Source: an uncultured Armatimonadetes bacterium
GTDB taxonomy: Bacteria; Armatimonadota; Hebobacteria; Hebobacterales; Hebobacteraceae
Assembly: GCA_963716175.1 (NCBI GenBank)
Contig: OY970296.1
Coordinates: 3,840,001 to 3,904,000 of the forward strand
Reading direction: 5' to 3'
DNA length: 64,000 bases
Both the position numbers and the translations under genes were made by a program. Positions 38,536 to 48,464 of this stretch are shown here, in pieces. The notes under the pieces were generated by a model. The model saw only the letters and a list, made by a program, of their open reading frames with translations, ran no database searches and was not told the DNA's origin. Each line of letters opens with the position of its first letter. Positions within the stretch are counted from its first letter, which is position 1.

Positions 38536-39546
38536 TCACTGGCAGGCTGTGGCCGCGTACTCGGTCAGCAGTCGCAGATAGAGCCGGTAGTCCTGTATCG
38601 AGACTGCGGGCGGGGTCTGGTGATCCACCGATGGCACGAAGCCGCCGCTGCGCATCACCGGCAGCAGGCGCTCGAACTCGGCCCGGATTCGCTCTTCTCC
38701 CAGGTGCATCACGGTCTTGTCGAAGCCGCCGATCATCCTCCACCGGGGATGGCGGGCGCGAATCCGGTTGACGTCCACCCCCGCCATCCGCTCCAGCGGC
38801 AGGATCCCCTCCAGCCCGACCTCCTCGAACCACGGAATCAGAGGCTCCACCTGGCCATCGCTGTCGATGAAGGAAGCGATGCCGCGCGCTTTCACGCTCG
38901 GCAGCACTCGCCGATAGTAGGGGGCCACGAACTCGTCGCATAGCGCCTTCGAAATCATAGGGCCATGGTTGTAGGACATGTCCTCTGCGAAGGTCATGAA
39001 ATCGGGGAGACAGATGGAGCAGAGCTCGTCCATGCACCTGAGGAGGTAGTCCACCTGGTCCTGGCTGATCCGGTGCAGCAGGTCGGGCTGATCGTAGAAC
39101 GCACAGAGGTGGGGATGGATCCCCAGGAGCACGCGAGGCCACCAGAAGAACCCCTCGCAGGTGACCCAGATGATGACCTCCCCGGCCGCCTGCTGGGCTG
39201 CTCTCTGCAGCCACAGCTCGCGGTCGAAGGGCACTGGCTGGGGGTACAGATGCGGCCGCAGCGCCTGGTAGTCCGCGTCGTTCTCTATCCAGCCTTCGCC
39301 ATGTCCTATCGGTCCCGCAGGCGCATCCACGGTCATCTGCGGAAACCAGAGCTGGTAGTCCACGTCCAGCCCGAAGTAGCGCTTTATCCCCTCGCCATCC
39401 AGGTCCGCGGGCAGCCCTTCTTCGCGCCACCGCGCCAGCGTCAGCTCCCACCACATCGCCCATTCCATAACCGGCAGACGGTCGGCGGGACGGTCGCCGG
39501 CCATCACCTTGAGGAAGCGAGTGCGCACTGTCTCTGCTGCTGGCAT
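38536..39546 (-). CDS. Uroporphyrinogen decarboxylase family protein
   Basis: AEDMSYNHGPMIS, IDSDG, LPLERMAG, GGFDK, GGFVPSVDHQ.P. Confidence 0.82.
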   Translation of the reverse strand: MPAAETVRTRFLKVMAGDRPADRLPVMEWAMWWELTLARWREEGLPADLDGEGIKRYFGLDVDYQLWFPQMTVDAPAGPIGHGEGWIENDADYQALRPHLYPQPVPFDRELWLQRAAQQAAGEVIIWVTCEGFFWWPRVLLGIHPHLCAFYDQPDLLHRISQDQVDYLLRCMDELCSICLPDFMTFAEDMSYNHGPMISKALCDEFVAPYYRRVLPSVKARGIASFIDSDGQVEPLIPWFEEVGLEGILPLERMAGVDVNRIRARHPRWRMIGGFDKTVMHLGEERIRAEFERLLPVMRSGGFVPSVDHQTPPAVSIQDYRLYLRLLTEYAATACQ

Positions 39547-39688
39547 GCGGGTTGCCCACTTCGCGCTTCGGGGGCAGTCAGCCGCCTCCTGCCGGCGCGC
39601 GCAGCCTGGCCAAGGACGGCCATAGGCAGGAGACCAGGAACCCTGTCCAGAACCCCGACTACCAGGTAGGCAGACCAGGGAGGCAGCG

Positions 39689-40957
39689 ATGGCGACGATT
39701 ACCGTTCCTTACGAAGGCCAGGAGAAAAGCTTCGACATCGCGGACGGCAACCTGCTGTCTCTGTTCGACTATCCTCGCGTGCCGGACCCCACGGCCGCGG
39801 AGGAGCGGGCGGTGGTAGAGCGCGCGCTGCGGGCGCCGATCGGCTCGGCCCCTCTCAGCGCGCTGGCCAAGCGCGGTCAACGCGTGGTTATCCTGGTGGA
39901 CGACTGGACCCGGCCCACCCCGGCCTTCAAGGTGCTGCCCGTGCTGCTGGAGCAGTTGTCCGCCGCGGGCTGCTCAGAGGGCGAAATCTCCATCGTGGTG
40001 GCCAAAGGCATGCACCGCAAGCTGTCGCGCGCGGACATGGAGCAGAAGGTGGGCAAGGAGGTGCTGAGCCGCTTCGAGGTCAGCAACCACGACCCGAATG
40101 CCAACCTGGTTCACCTGGGCCAGTCCTCCCGCGGCACGCCGGTCTACATCAACCGGACAGTGGTTGAAGCCGACCTGAGAATCTCGGTGGGGAGCATCGT
40201 CGCCCACCCCATCGCTGGTTTCGGCGGCGGGGCCAAGATCATCGTGCCCGGGGTGGCGGGGCACGATACCATCCATCACAACCATTCCCAGGCCGATCAC
40301 CCGAACGTCACCATCGGATGCGTGGACGGCAACCCGATCCGGGAGGACATGGAGGATATCGCCCGCATGGCCCACCTGGATCTCATGGTCAACACCATCC
40401 TGACCCCGGCCAAGAAGATCCACGATGCGGTGGCCGGGGACGTGGTGCTGGCGCACCGCGAGGGGGTCGGACGCTACCTGAAGACCTATGGCACCGAGAT
40501 CAAGGAGACTGCCGACATCGGCGTGGTGGGCGCCACTCCGCGGGACGGGACCTTCGGCCATGCCACCTTCGCCCTCTATGCCGCACTGCCCATGGTGCGC
40601 CTCGGCGGCACCATCATCCTGGCCGCGCCGTGCACTGACGGGCCGGGCAGCAAAGAGGACCGCACCAACTTCCGGGAGCTGGCCTCTCTCGCCCCGGAGA
40701 AGCTGATGGCCTTGATCAAGGCGGGCGAGATCAGCGCCTCCGGCGGGGCCTTCGACTACGCCTATTCCAAGGCCGTGAACAAGTACCAGGTGGTGCTGGT
40801 GTCAGATCGCTACTCCCGCACCCAGGCGGAGGAGTTGGGCGTGGGCTATGGCGCCACCCTCCAGGAAGCGGTGGACGAAGCTATCGCCGCCGTCGGCCCT
40901 CAGGCCAGGGTCTCGGTCATGCCCGCGGGCGGCCTTACGCTGCCCATCGTCATGTAG
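39689..40957 (+). CDS. LarA-family (nickel-pincer) racemase/epimerase
   Basis: PIGSAPL, VDDWTRPTP, A.GMHR, HD, G.SSRGTPV, H..AGFGGGAK.I.PG. Confidence 0.85.
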   Translation: MATITVPYEGQEKSFDIADGNLLSLFDYPRVPDPTAAEERAVVERALRAPIGSAPLSALAKRGQRVVILVDDWTRPTPAFKVLPVLLEQLSAAGCSEGEISIVVAKGMHRKLSRADMEQKVGKEVLSRFEVSNHDPNANLVHLGQSSRGTPVYINRTVVEADLRISVGSIVAHPIAGFGGGAKIIVPGVAGHDTIHHNHSQADHPNVTIGCVDGNPIREDMEDIARMAHLDLMVNTILTPAKKIHDAVAGDVVLAHREGVGRYLKTYGTEIKETADIGVVGATPRDGTFGHATFALYAALPMVRLGGTIILAAPCTDGPGSKEDRTNFRELASLAPEKLMALIKAGEISASGGAFDYAYSKAVNKYQVVLVSDRYSRTQAEELGVGYGATLQEAVDEAIAAVGPQARVSVMPAGGLTLPIVM

Positions 40958-41043
40958 GGCGGGCCCGGCCGGTAGCACAGGCTCCCAGCCTGTGATGCTG
41001 GACGGGTCCTGGCCCGTTGCAGCCAGAAAGGCGATCGAGCGCG

Positions 41044-41889
41044 ATGTGTGAGTTCTGCCACAAGCACGGTGAAGGCAAGAAGTGGTATCTGCAGGCGAAG
41101 AACTATTCGCAGGATCTGCTCAGTGACCTGCGTCGGCGGCGCTTCATCACAGACTTCTTCTCCCACCCGGAGCACCTGAACCGTGACGCCGCCCAGCTCG
41201 AAAAGCTGGCGCGCGCGCCAGCGTTCGTGCAGCGCGCCATCAAGGGGCACATCACTCGCCGCATGAAGCAGGTGCATTTCGGCCAGGTGCTTCCTCTGGA
41301 GGACGTGGAGACCATCTTCGGGTTTGTGAACTCGATCGTGCGGGTGCCCTGCATCTGCCGCCATGCCGCGCTTGGGCGCGAGGTGCGCTACTGCTATGGC
41401 GTTTCCATGGGGCCGGGCGGCGGCAGCTTCGACGAGCTGCTGGCCGGCCTCGACAGCAGCTTCCTCGCGGGCCCAGATACGCCCGATTCCGAGAGGCTCG
41501 ACGCCGCTCAGGCGCTGCAGGCTTTCGCCGAGCACGAGAAGGAGGGGCTCTGCCACAGCGTCTGGACCTTCATCCCGCCTTTCGTTGGCGGCGTGTGCAA
41601 CTGCGACCGAGCTGACTGCCTGGCGATGAAGTCCACGGTCACATACGGTGTGAAGGTCATGTTCCGGGCGGAGACTGTGGCTGAGGTCAACCCCGACCTG
41701 TGCACCGGGTGCCGGTCCTGCATGCGAGTGTGCCAGTTCGGGGCCCTGGGCTACAGCGCGGCCAACCAGAAGGTTACGGTGGACCAGACGGCCTGCTATG
41801 GCTGCGGCATCTGTCGCCGCGCCTGCCAGAAGGACGCCATCACCCTCAAGCCCAGACGCGAAGTGCCTGCCGCCGCCACTCTGTGGTAG
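41044..41889 (+). CDS. 4Fe-4S dicluster protein
   Basis: MCEFCHKHGEGKKWYL, PCICR, CNCDR.DC, CTGCRSCMRVCQF, CYGCGICRRAC. Confidence 0.85.
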   Translation: MCEFCHKHGEGKKWYLQAKNYSQDLLSDLRRRRFITDFFSHPEHLNRDAAQLEKLARAPAFVQRAIKGHITRRMKQVHFGQVLPLEDVETIFGFVNSIVRVPCICRHAALGREVRYCYGVSMGPGGGSFDELLAGLDSSFLAGPDTPDSERLDAAQALQAFAEHEKEGLCHSVWTFIPPFVGGVCNCDRADCLAMKSTVTYGVKVMFRAETVAEVNPDLCTGCRSCMRVCQFGALGYSAANQKVTVDQTACYGCGICRRACQKDAITLKPRREVPAAATLW

Positions 41890-41988
41890 AGGCTGTAGGG
41901 CGGGCATGCCAATGCCCGCCGGCCGTTTGCCGTTCATCGCGGGCCTCCGCCAGGGGCACGGATGAGGTCTGTGCATAAGGATGGCATA

Positions 41989-43098
41989 ATGAAGACCTGG
42001 ACAGTAGCGTTTCTGCTAGCAGTAATCGTGTTGCTTGCCGCTCCCGTTCTCGCTGATTCCCAAACGCCTTCCGCGCTCGCGGAGACACCAGCACAGGAGG
42101 TTCGCACCGCTATGCCCGCAATCCCTGATGCGCCCCCGCGCAAAGTCGTCGTCGGCACTATGGTCTACGCCATGTGGGAGACTTACCCCGGCCTCGACTC
42201 GCGCCTCGACACCCTGGCTGGGTTCGTTGATCGCATGGCCGCGGAGGCCCAGAGGAAGTACCGCACCGGCCTCGACCTGGCCATTCTGCCGGAATGCGCC
42301 GTCACCGGCGAGACTTATGGCGATCCCCCAAAGCACTCCTTCCCGCTGGAGGGCAAGGTGCTGGAGGTGATGGGAGCGGTGGCAAGAAAGCATCACACCT
42401 ACCTCATCGTTCCCCTGAACCTGTGCGAGGACGCGCCGCGCGGCATCTACAGCAATGCCGCAGTGCTGCTCGACCGGGAGGGCAGACTCGTCGGCATCTA
42501 CCGCAAGGTGCACGCGGTGGCCGACTACCAGGGAGAGACCCTGGAAGGGGGCCTGATCGCGGGCCGGGATTTCCCGGTGTTCCAGTGCGACTTCGGCAAG
42601 GTCGGAATCCAGATCTGCTTCGACATGACCTTCGATGACGGCTGGGAGGCGCTCGCGCGCAAGGGAGCGGAGATCGTGGCCTGGCCCTCCCAGTCGCCCC
42701 AGACCATCGAGCCGCGCGGGCGGGCCCGCCGGCACAGCCTGTACATCGTGTCCTCCACGTGGCGGAACAATGCCTCGGTCTTCGACCCCGTGGGTGACCT
42801 CATTGCCCAGACCACCGAGCCTTCGAGTGTGCTGGTGGAGCAGATAGACCTCAGCTATGCGCTGATTGACTGGCAGCCCAAGCTCGAGAACGGCAAGCTG
42901 CTCGCCGACAAGTACGGCAAGGCGGTGGGCTACCGCTACAGCGAGGCCGAGGATGGCGGCATCTTCTGGTCCAACGACCCCAAGATCCCGGTCCTGCAGA
43001 TGGTCCGGGAGCTGGGCCTGGAGCTGCGCGCGGATGCCCTGGCGCGCCAGCGCAAGGTGCAGGACAAAGTGCGCGGCGGGCCCCCGAGCCTGGATTGA
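41989..43098 (+). CDS. Secreted carbon-nitrogen hydrolase (nitrilase superfamily)
   Basis: Signal peptide; catalytic triad LPE, YRKVH, ICFD. Confidence 0.85.
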   Translation: MKTWTVAFLLAVIVLLAAPVLADSQTPSALAETPAQEVRTAMPAIPDAPPRKVVVGTMVYAMWETYPGLDSRLDTLAGFVDRMAAEAQRKYRTGLDLAILPECAVTGETYGDPPKHSFPLEGKVLEVMGAVARKHHTYLIVPLNLCEDAPRGIYSNAAVLLDREGRLVGIYRKVHAVADYQGETLEGGLIAGRDFPVFQCDFGKVGIQICFDMTFDDGWEALARKGAEIVAWPSQSPQTIEPRGRARRHSLYIVSSTWRNNASVFDPVGDLIAQTTEPSSVLVEQIDLSYALIDWQPKLENGKLLADKYGKAVGYRYSEAEDGGIFWSNDPKIPVLQMVRELGLELRADALARQRKVQDKVRGGPPSLD

Positions 43099-43361
43099 CC
43101 TGTAGGGCAGGCATGTCCTGATCCTACGAAGCCTTGGCGGAGTAGGACCTATGCCTGCCGGAGCAGGACCTGCCGGAGGCGGGCAAGCGCTTTCGCTCCA
43201 GGGCGCATGGCCGCGCCCTAGCTTCGCCCATGTTCGCCGGCGGCACAAGAAGCCGGCAATACCCGGGCTTCTTGCCCGCGGGCCCTTGACACGGCCTGTA
43301 TAATACTACGGTTGGATTGGCCCGGGGACCGTGGGCCGAGGGCCGGGTGCGACGCACAGAC

Positions 43362-43390
43362 TTGACGTGATCTCGCCGATTCGCTATGCT
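43362..43390 (+). promoter_or_regulatory. Sigma70-type promoter for groESL
   Basis: TTGACG-17 nt-TATGCT. Confidence 0.5.
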
Positions 43391-43576
43391 AGTCTGCCGA
43401 CGGCGCCAGACCCCCGGGGTTTGCCGCCGTCGCTTTCCGACCGAAGCATCATCGCTGTCGAGCCGCTGCAAGCTCACTGCAACACAGGGCGGAACCGACG
43501 GCCTCCCCGCGCCCGAGTGGGCACGGGCGCGAGGCCAATCAGCTATCAACATCCACGTGATGGAGGAGGTGAGAGT

Positions 43577-43888
43577 ATGCTGCGACCGCTCGGGGATCGC
43601 ATCGTGGTCAAGCCGGGCCCGGAGGAGGAGGTGACCAAGGGGGGAATCGTCCTGCCCGACACGGCCCGGAAGAAGCCGCGAGAGGGCGAAGTGCTGGCGG
43701 TGGGCCCTGGGAAGGTGCTCGAAAACGGCCAGCGCGCCCCCATGGAAGTGTCCGTGGGCGACGTGGTGGTCTATTCCGAGTATGGTGGGACCGAGATCAC
43801 CCTCAATGGTCAGGATTACGTCATCCTCGACGAGGGCTCGGTGCTGGCGATAAACCCAGAGGGGAAGAAGGGCAAGGGGAAGAAATAG
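43577..43888 (+). CDS. groES: Co-chaperonin GroES
   Basis: LRPLGDRIVV, TKGGIVLPDTA, GEVLAVGPG, YGGTEI; GGAGG RBS. Confidence 0.97.
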   Translation: MLRPLGDRIVVKPGPEEEVTKGGIVLPDTARKKPREGEVLAVGPGKVLENGQRAPMEVSVGDVVVYSEYGGTEITLNGQDYVILDEGSVLAINPEGKKGKGKK

Positions 43889-43999
43889 GCAGGCCGCCCA
43901 TCAGGCAGAAGGTTGCCCGTCGGGAAGGGGTGCTCCGTCGCCATAGCTATGGAGCGTCGGCGAGTTGCCCCTGCGAATGTGTGGGAAAAGTGAACCTAG

Positions 44000-45640
<1,641 letters not shown>

Positions 45641-45779
45641 TGAACGGTAGGGCAGGTTCCTAACCTGCCCGCAGCAGCGGATAGCCGGGCAGGAGCAAGC
45701 TTCTGCCAAACGAAGACGGGGGACGGCGAAAGCCGTCCCCCGCGTCGCGCCTTCAGTACGCTAGGGAAGGAAGCCACAG

Positions 45780-46964
45780 GTGAAGATCACCGAGGTGTCC
45801 CTGGTTCAACTCAGCGGGGAGTTCCCGGTCCAGGAGATCCGGCCCGAGGCGCCGCGGGTGGCGCCGCTGGACATCTATCCGGAACTCGCCCCCGCTCATT
45901 GGAGAGGCCCGGCCCGCGCACCCGGCGAGATAGTGCGGCAGAAGAGCGTCTACCTGGAAGTGCACACCGATGAAGAGATCACCGGCATCTACGGTCCCCT
46001 CGAGGGCAGCTATGCCTTCATCGTGCCCCGGGAGATGCGCGACTTCCTGCTGGGCCAGGACCCCCTCGCCACCGAGAAGATATGGGACCAGCTAGTGCGC
46101 CTCAACCGCCACAGCCGGAGTGGCTACTACATGATGGCGATGAGCGCGCTCGACTGTGCGCTTTGGGATCTGAAGGGGAAGGCTCTGGGCCAACCCGTCT
46201 TCCGGCTGCTCGGAGGACCAACACAAGACCGGGTGCCCGCCTATGCCAGCATGGTCGGATTCTCGGTTGAGCCCCATGCCCTCACCACGCGGGCGCGGGA
46301 GCATAAAGCGCTGGGCTATCACGCCCAGAAGTGGTTTTTCCAGTACGGCCCCGGGGCTGGCGCCCAGGGCGCGCGTCGGAATGTGGAGATGGTGCACCTT
46401 CTGCGTCAGGCGGTGGGCGAGGAGACAGCTCTCATGTTCGATGCCTGCTGGTCGTGGGATGTCCCCTACGCCGTGGACGTGGGGCGCCGCATCGCACCCT
46501 ACCGGCCCGCCTGGCTGGAAGAGCCGGTACCGTGCGACCGGCTGCGCGGGCTGCGGATGATTCGAGAGCAGACTGGGATTCCCATCGCCACAGGCGAACA
46601 CGCCTACACCCGCTGGCAGATCAGGGACCTGCTGGAGGCGGGCGCGGTGGATGTGGTGCAAGCCGACCCCGACTGGTGTGGCGGCATCAGCGAACTGGTC
46701 AAGATCGCGGCCCTGTGCTCTGCCTACGACGTTCCCCTCTGCCCTCACGGCAACTCCCTGCACCCTGCGCTGCATGTGGCCGCGGCCTGTCCGCCTACCG
46801 TGATCCCGCAGATCGAGTTCCTGATCGTCTACCAGCGGTACAAGCAGCAGTTCATGACTAGCTATCTGGAGCCCGAATCGGGCCGCATCCGGCCTCCCGA
46901 AAGCCCTGGCTTGGGGATCGAGATAGACCCGGCCAGAGTCGCTGCCCGAAAGACGCTCTTGTAG
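45780..46964 (+). CDS. Mandelate racemase / enolase-superfamily acid-sugar dehydratase
   Basis: SALDCALWDLKGK, PVFRLLGG, LMFDA, WLEEP, IATGEH, QAD..WCGG, PH. Confidence 0.88.
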   Translation: MKITEVSLVQLSGEFPVQEIRPEAPRVAPLDIYPELAPAHWRGPARAPGEIVRQKSVYLEVHTDEEITGIYGPLEGSYAFIVPREMRDFLLGQDPLATEKIWDQLVRLNRHSRSGYYMMAMSALDCALWDLKGKALGQPVFRLLGGPTQDRVPAYASMVGFSVEPHALTTRAREHKALGYHAQKWFFQYGPGAGAQGARRNVEMVHLLRQAVGEETALMFDACWSWDVPYAVDVGRRIAPYRPAWLEEPVPCDRLRGLRMIREQTGIPIATGEHAYTRWQIRDLLEAGAVDVVQADPDWCGGISELVKIAALCSAYDVPLCPHGNSLHPALHVAAACPPTVIPQIEFLIVYQRYKQQFMTSYLEPESGRIRPPESPGLGIEIDPARVAARKTLL

Positions 46965-47085
46965 GCTGGAAAGCGAGCTGATGAAGGCACGCGCACCAAT
47001 AGCATATCAGGGCAGGAGGCAAGCTGTTGCCCTGCGAATTAGGACTCAACATGGATCGCCATGAGATCTGCTCCCCTGAGGCCGC

Positions 47086-48312
47086 ATGATGCGCTATCGC
47101 GAGTACAGCCCGGAGAAAGACAAGCAGGCGGTACGCCGCATTCTGTGGGAGGTGGGCTGGCTGGACAAGAGCAAAGAAGACGCCTACGACGAGATGCTGG
47201 CCTGCGGGCGCTCCTTGGTGGTCGAAGTCAACGGGGAGGCAGAATGCCTGGTCGTCACCGCTCCGGGGGTGATCCGCTACCTGCAGGAAGACCTCCCGTT
47301 TGCCGAGGTCACCGCGGTGGCCACCAGCCGGGTCGCCCGGCGGCAGGGCCTGGCGCAGCGTCTGCTGGCTCGGGCGCTGGCGGCCGCGGTGGCTGACGGC
47401 GCCGTTCTGGCGCGGGTGTGCGTCTTCGATCAGGGCTTCTACAACCAACTCGGGTTCGGCCCCGGCGGCTACGAGCACAGGCTCTCCTTCGACCCCGCCA
47501 CCCTCAACGTGAGTGCGAGGCCCCGGATACCGCGCCGGCTCACCCGCGAGGACCGGGATCTGGTCCACGCCGGCCGACTGGCGCGGCGGCGGGGGCACGG
47601 AACGGCCAACTACCATTCCCCTGGCACCCTCGACATGGACTGGGCCGACCAGGGGTTCGGGCTCGGCTACTGCGATGGTCCCAATGGGGAACTCACCCAC
47701 CACTTCTGCTGCTGGTGTGAGCACGCGGAACGCGGCCCCTATCACATCTCCTGGATGGCCTACCAGACCCGCGAGCAGTTCCTCGAGCTCATGGCCCTGG
47801 TCAAGAGCCTGGGCGACCAGGTGCACCTGGTGCGGATGCGGGAGCCCCAGGGCATTCAGCTCCAGGACCTGCTCGACCGGCCCTTCAAGCAGCACCAGGT
47901 AACCGAGCAGTCGAGGTTCGAGAACCAGATGGCGTCCTATGCCTACTGGCAAGTCCGCATCCTCGATCTCGCCGCCTGCCTCGCCTCCACCCACCTTCCG
48001 TGGGGCGAATCACGCTTCAACCTTCGCCTCACCGACCCGGTAGAGAAGCTGCTGGATCGGGACGCTCCCTGGCGCGGCGTCGCCGGCGACTACGTTGTCA
48101 CTCTCGGTCCCTCCTCTTCGGCCCGCGCTGGGTCCGACTCCTCGCTGCCGACGCTGAGCGCCTCCGTCAATGCCTTCAGCCGACTCTGGTTTGGGGTGCG
48201 GCCGGCCAGCGGCCTGGCGGTGACCGACGATCTCTCCGGCCCCGAGTCGCTGCTGGCGGCCCTCGACTCCCGCCTCCGCCTACCGGAGCCGAAGCCGGAT
48301 TGGGATTTCTGA
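47086..48312 (+). CDS. Eis-like GNAT acetyltransferase
   Basis: VTAVATSRVARRQGLA, GFYNQLGF, and a C-terminal SCP2-like region. Confidence 0.72.
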   Translation: MMRYREYSPEKDKQAVRRILWEVGWLDKSKEDAYDEMLACGRSLVVEVNGEAECLVVTAPGVIRYLQEDLPFAEVTAVATSRVARRQGLAQRLLARALAAAVADGAVLARVCVFDQGFYNQLGFGPGGYEHRLSFDPATLNVSARPRIPRRLTREDRDLVHAGRLARRRGHGTANYHSPGTLDMDWADQGFGLGYCDGPNGELTHHFCCWCEHAERGPYHISWMAYQTREQFLELMALVKSLGDQVHLVRMREPQGIQLQDLLDRPFKQHQVTEQSRFENQMASYAYWQVRILDLAACLASTHLPWGESRFNLRLTDPVEKLLDRDAPWRGVAGDYVVTLGPSSSARAGSDSSLPTLSASVNAFSRLWFGVRPASGLAVTDDLSGPESLLAALDSRLRLPEPKPDWDF

Positions 48313-48407
48313 AGAACTTCCCCGAATGGAGTAACGCGGCGGAGCTCAAGAAGCGGCCCTAGGGGTTCCCTGCCCTATTCGTTGCGCCTGCCTTCCCTTG
48401 CGAACCA

Positions 48408-48435
48408 TTGACACCCCTGGCGCCTGGAGTACAAT
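48408..48435 (+). promoter_or_regulatory. Sigma70-type promoter
   Basis: TTGACA-16 nt-TACAAT upstream of the SLH propeller gene. Confidence 0.5.
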
Positions 48436-48464
48436 GAGTGGGTGGCAACGTAGGGGGATTCCAC

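Noticed and set aside
43286-43304. TTGACA and TATAAT upstream of groES as one promoter
   Set aside because: The spacing is only 7 nt; the downstream TTGACG-17-TATGCT fits better.
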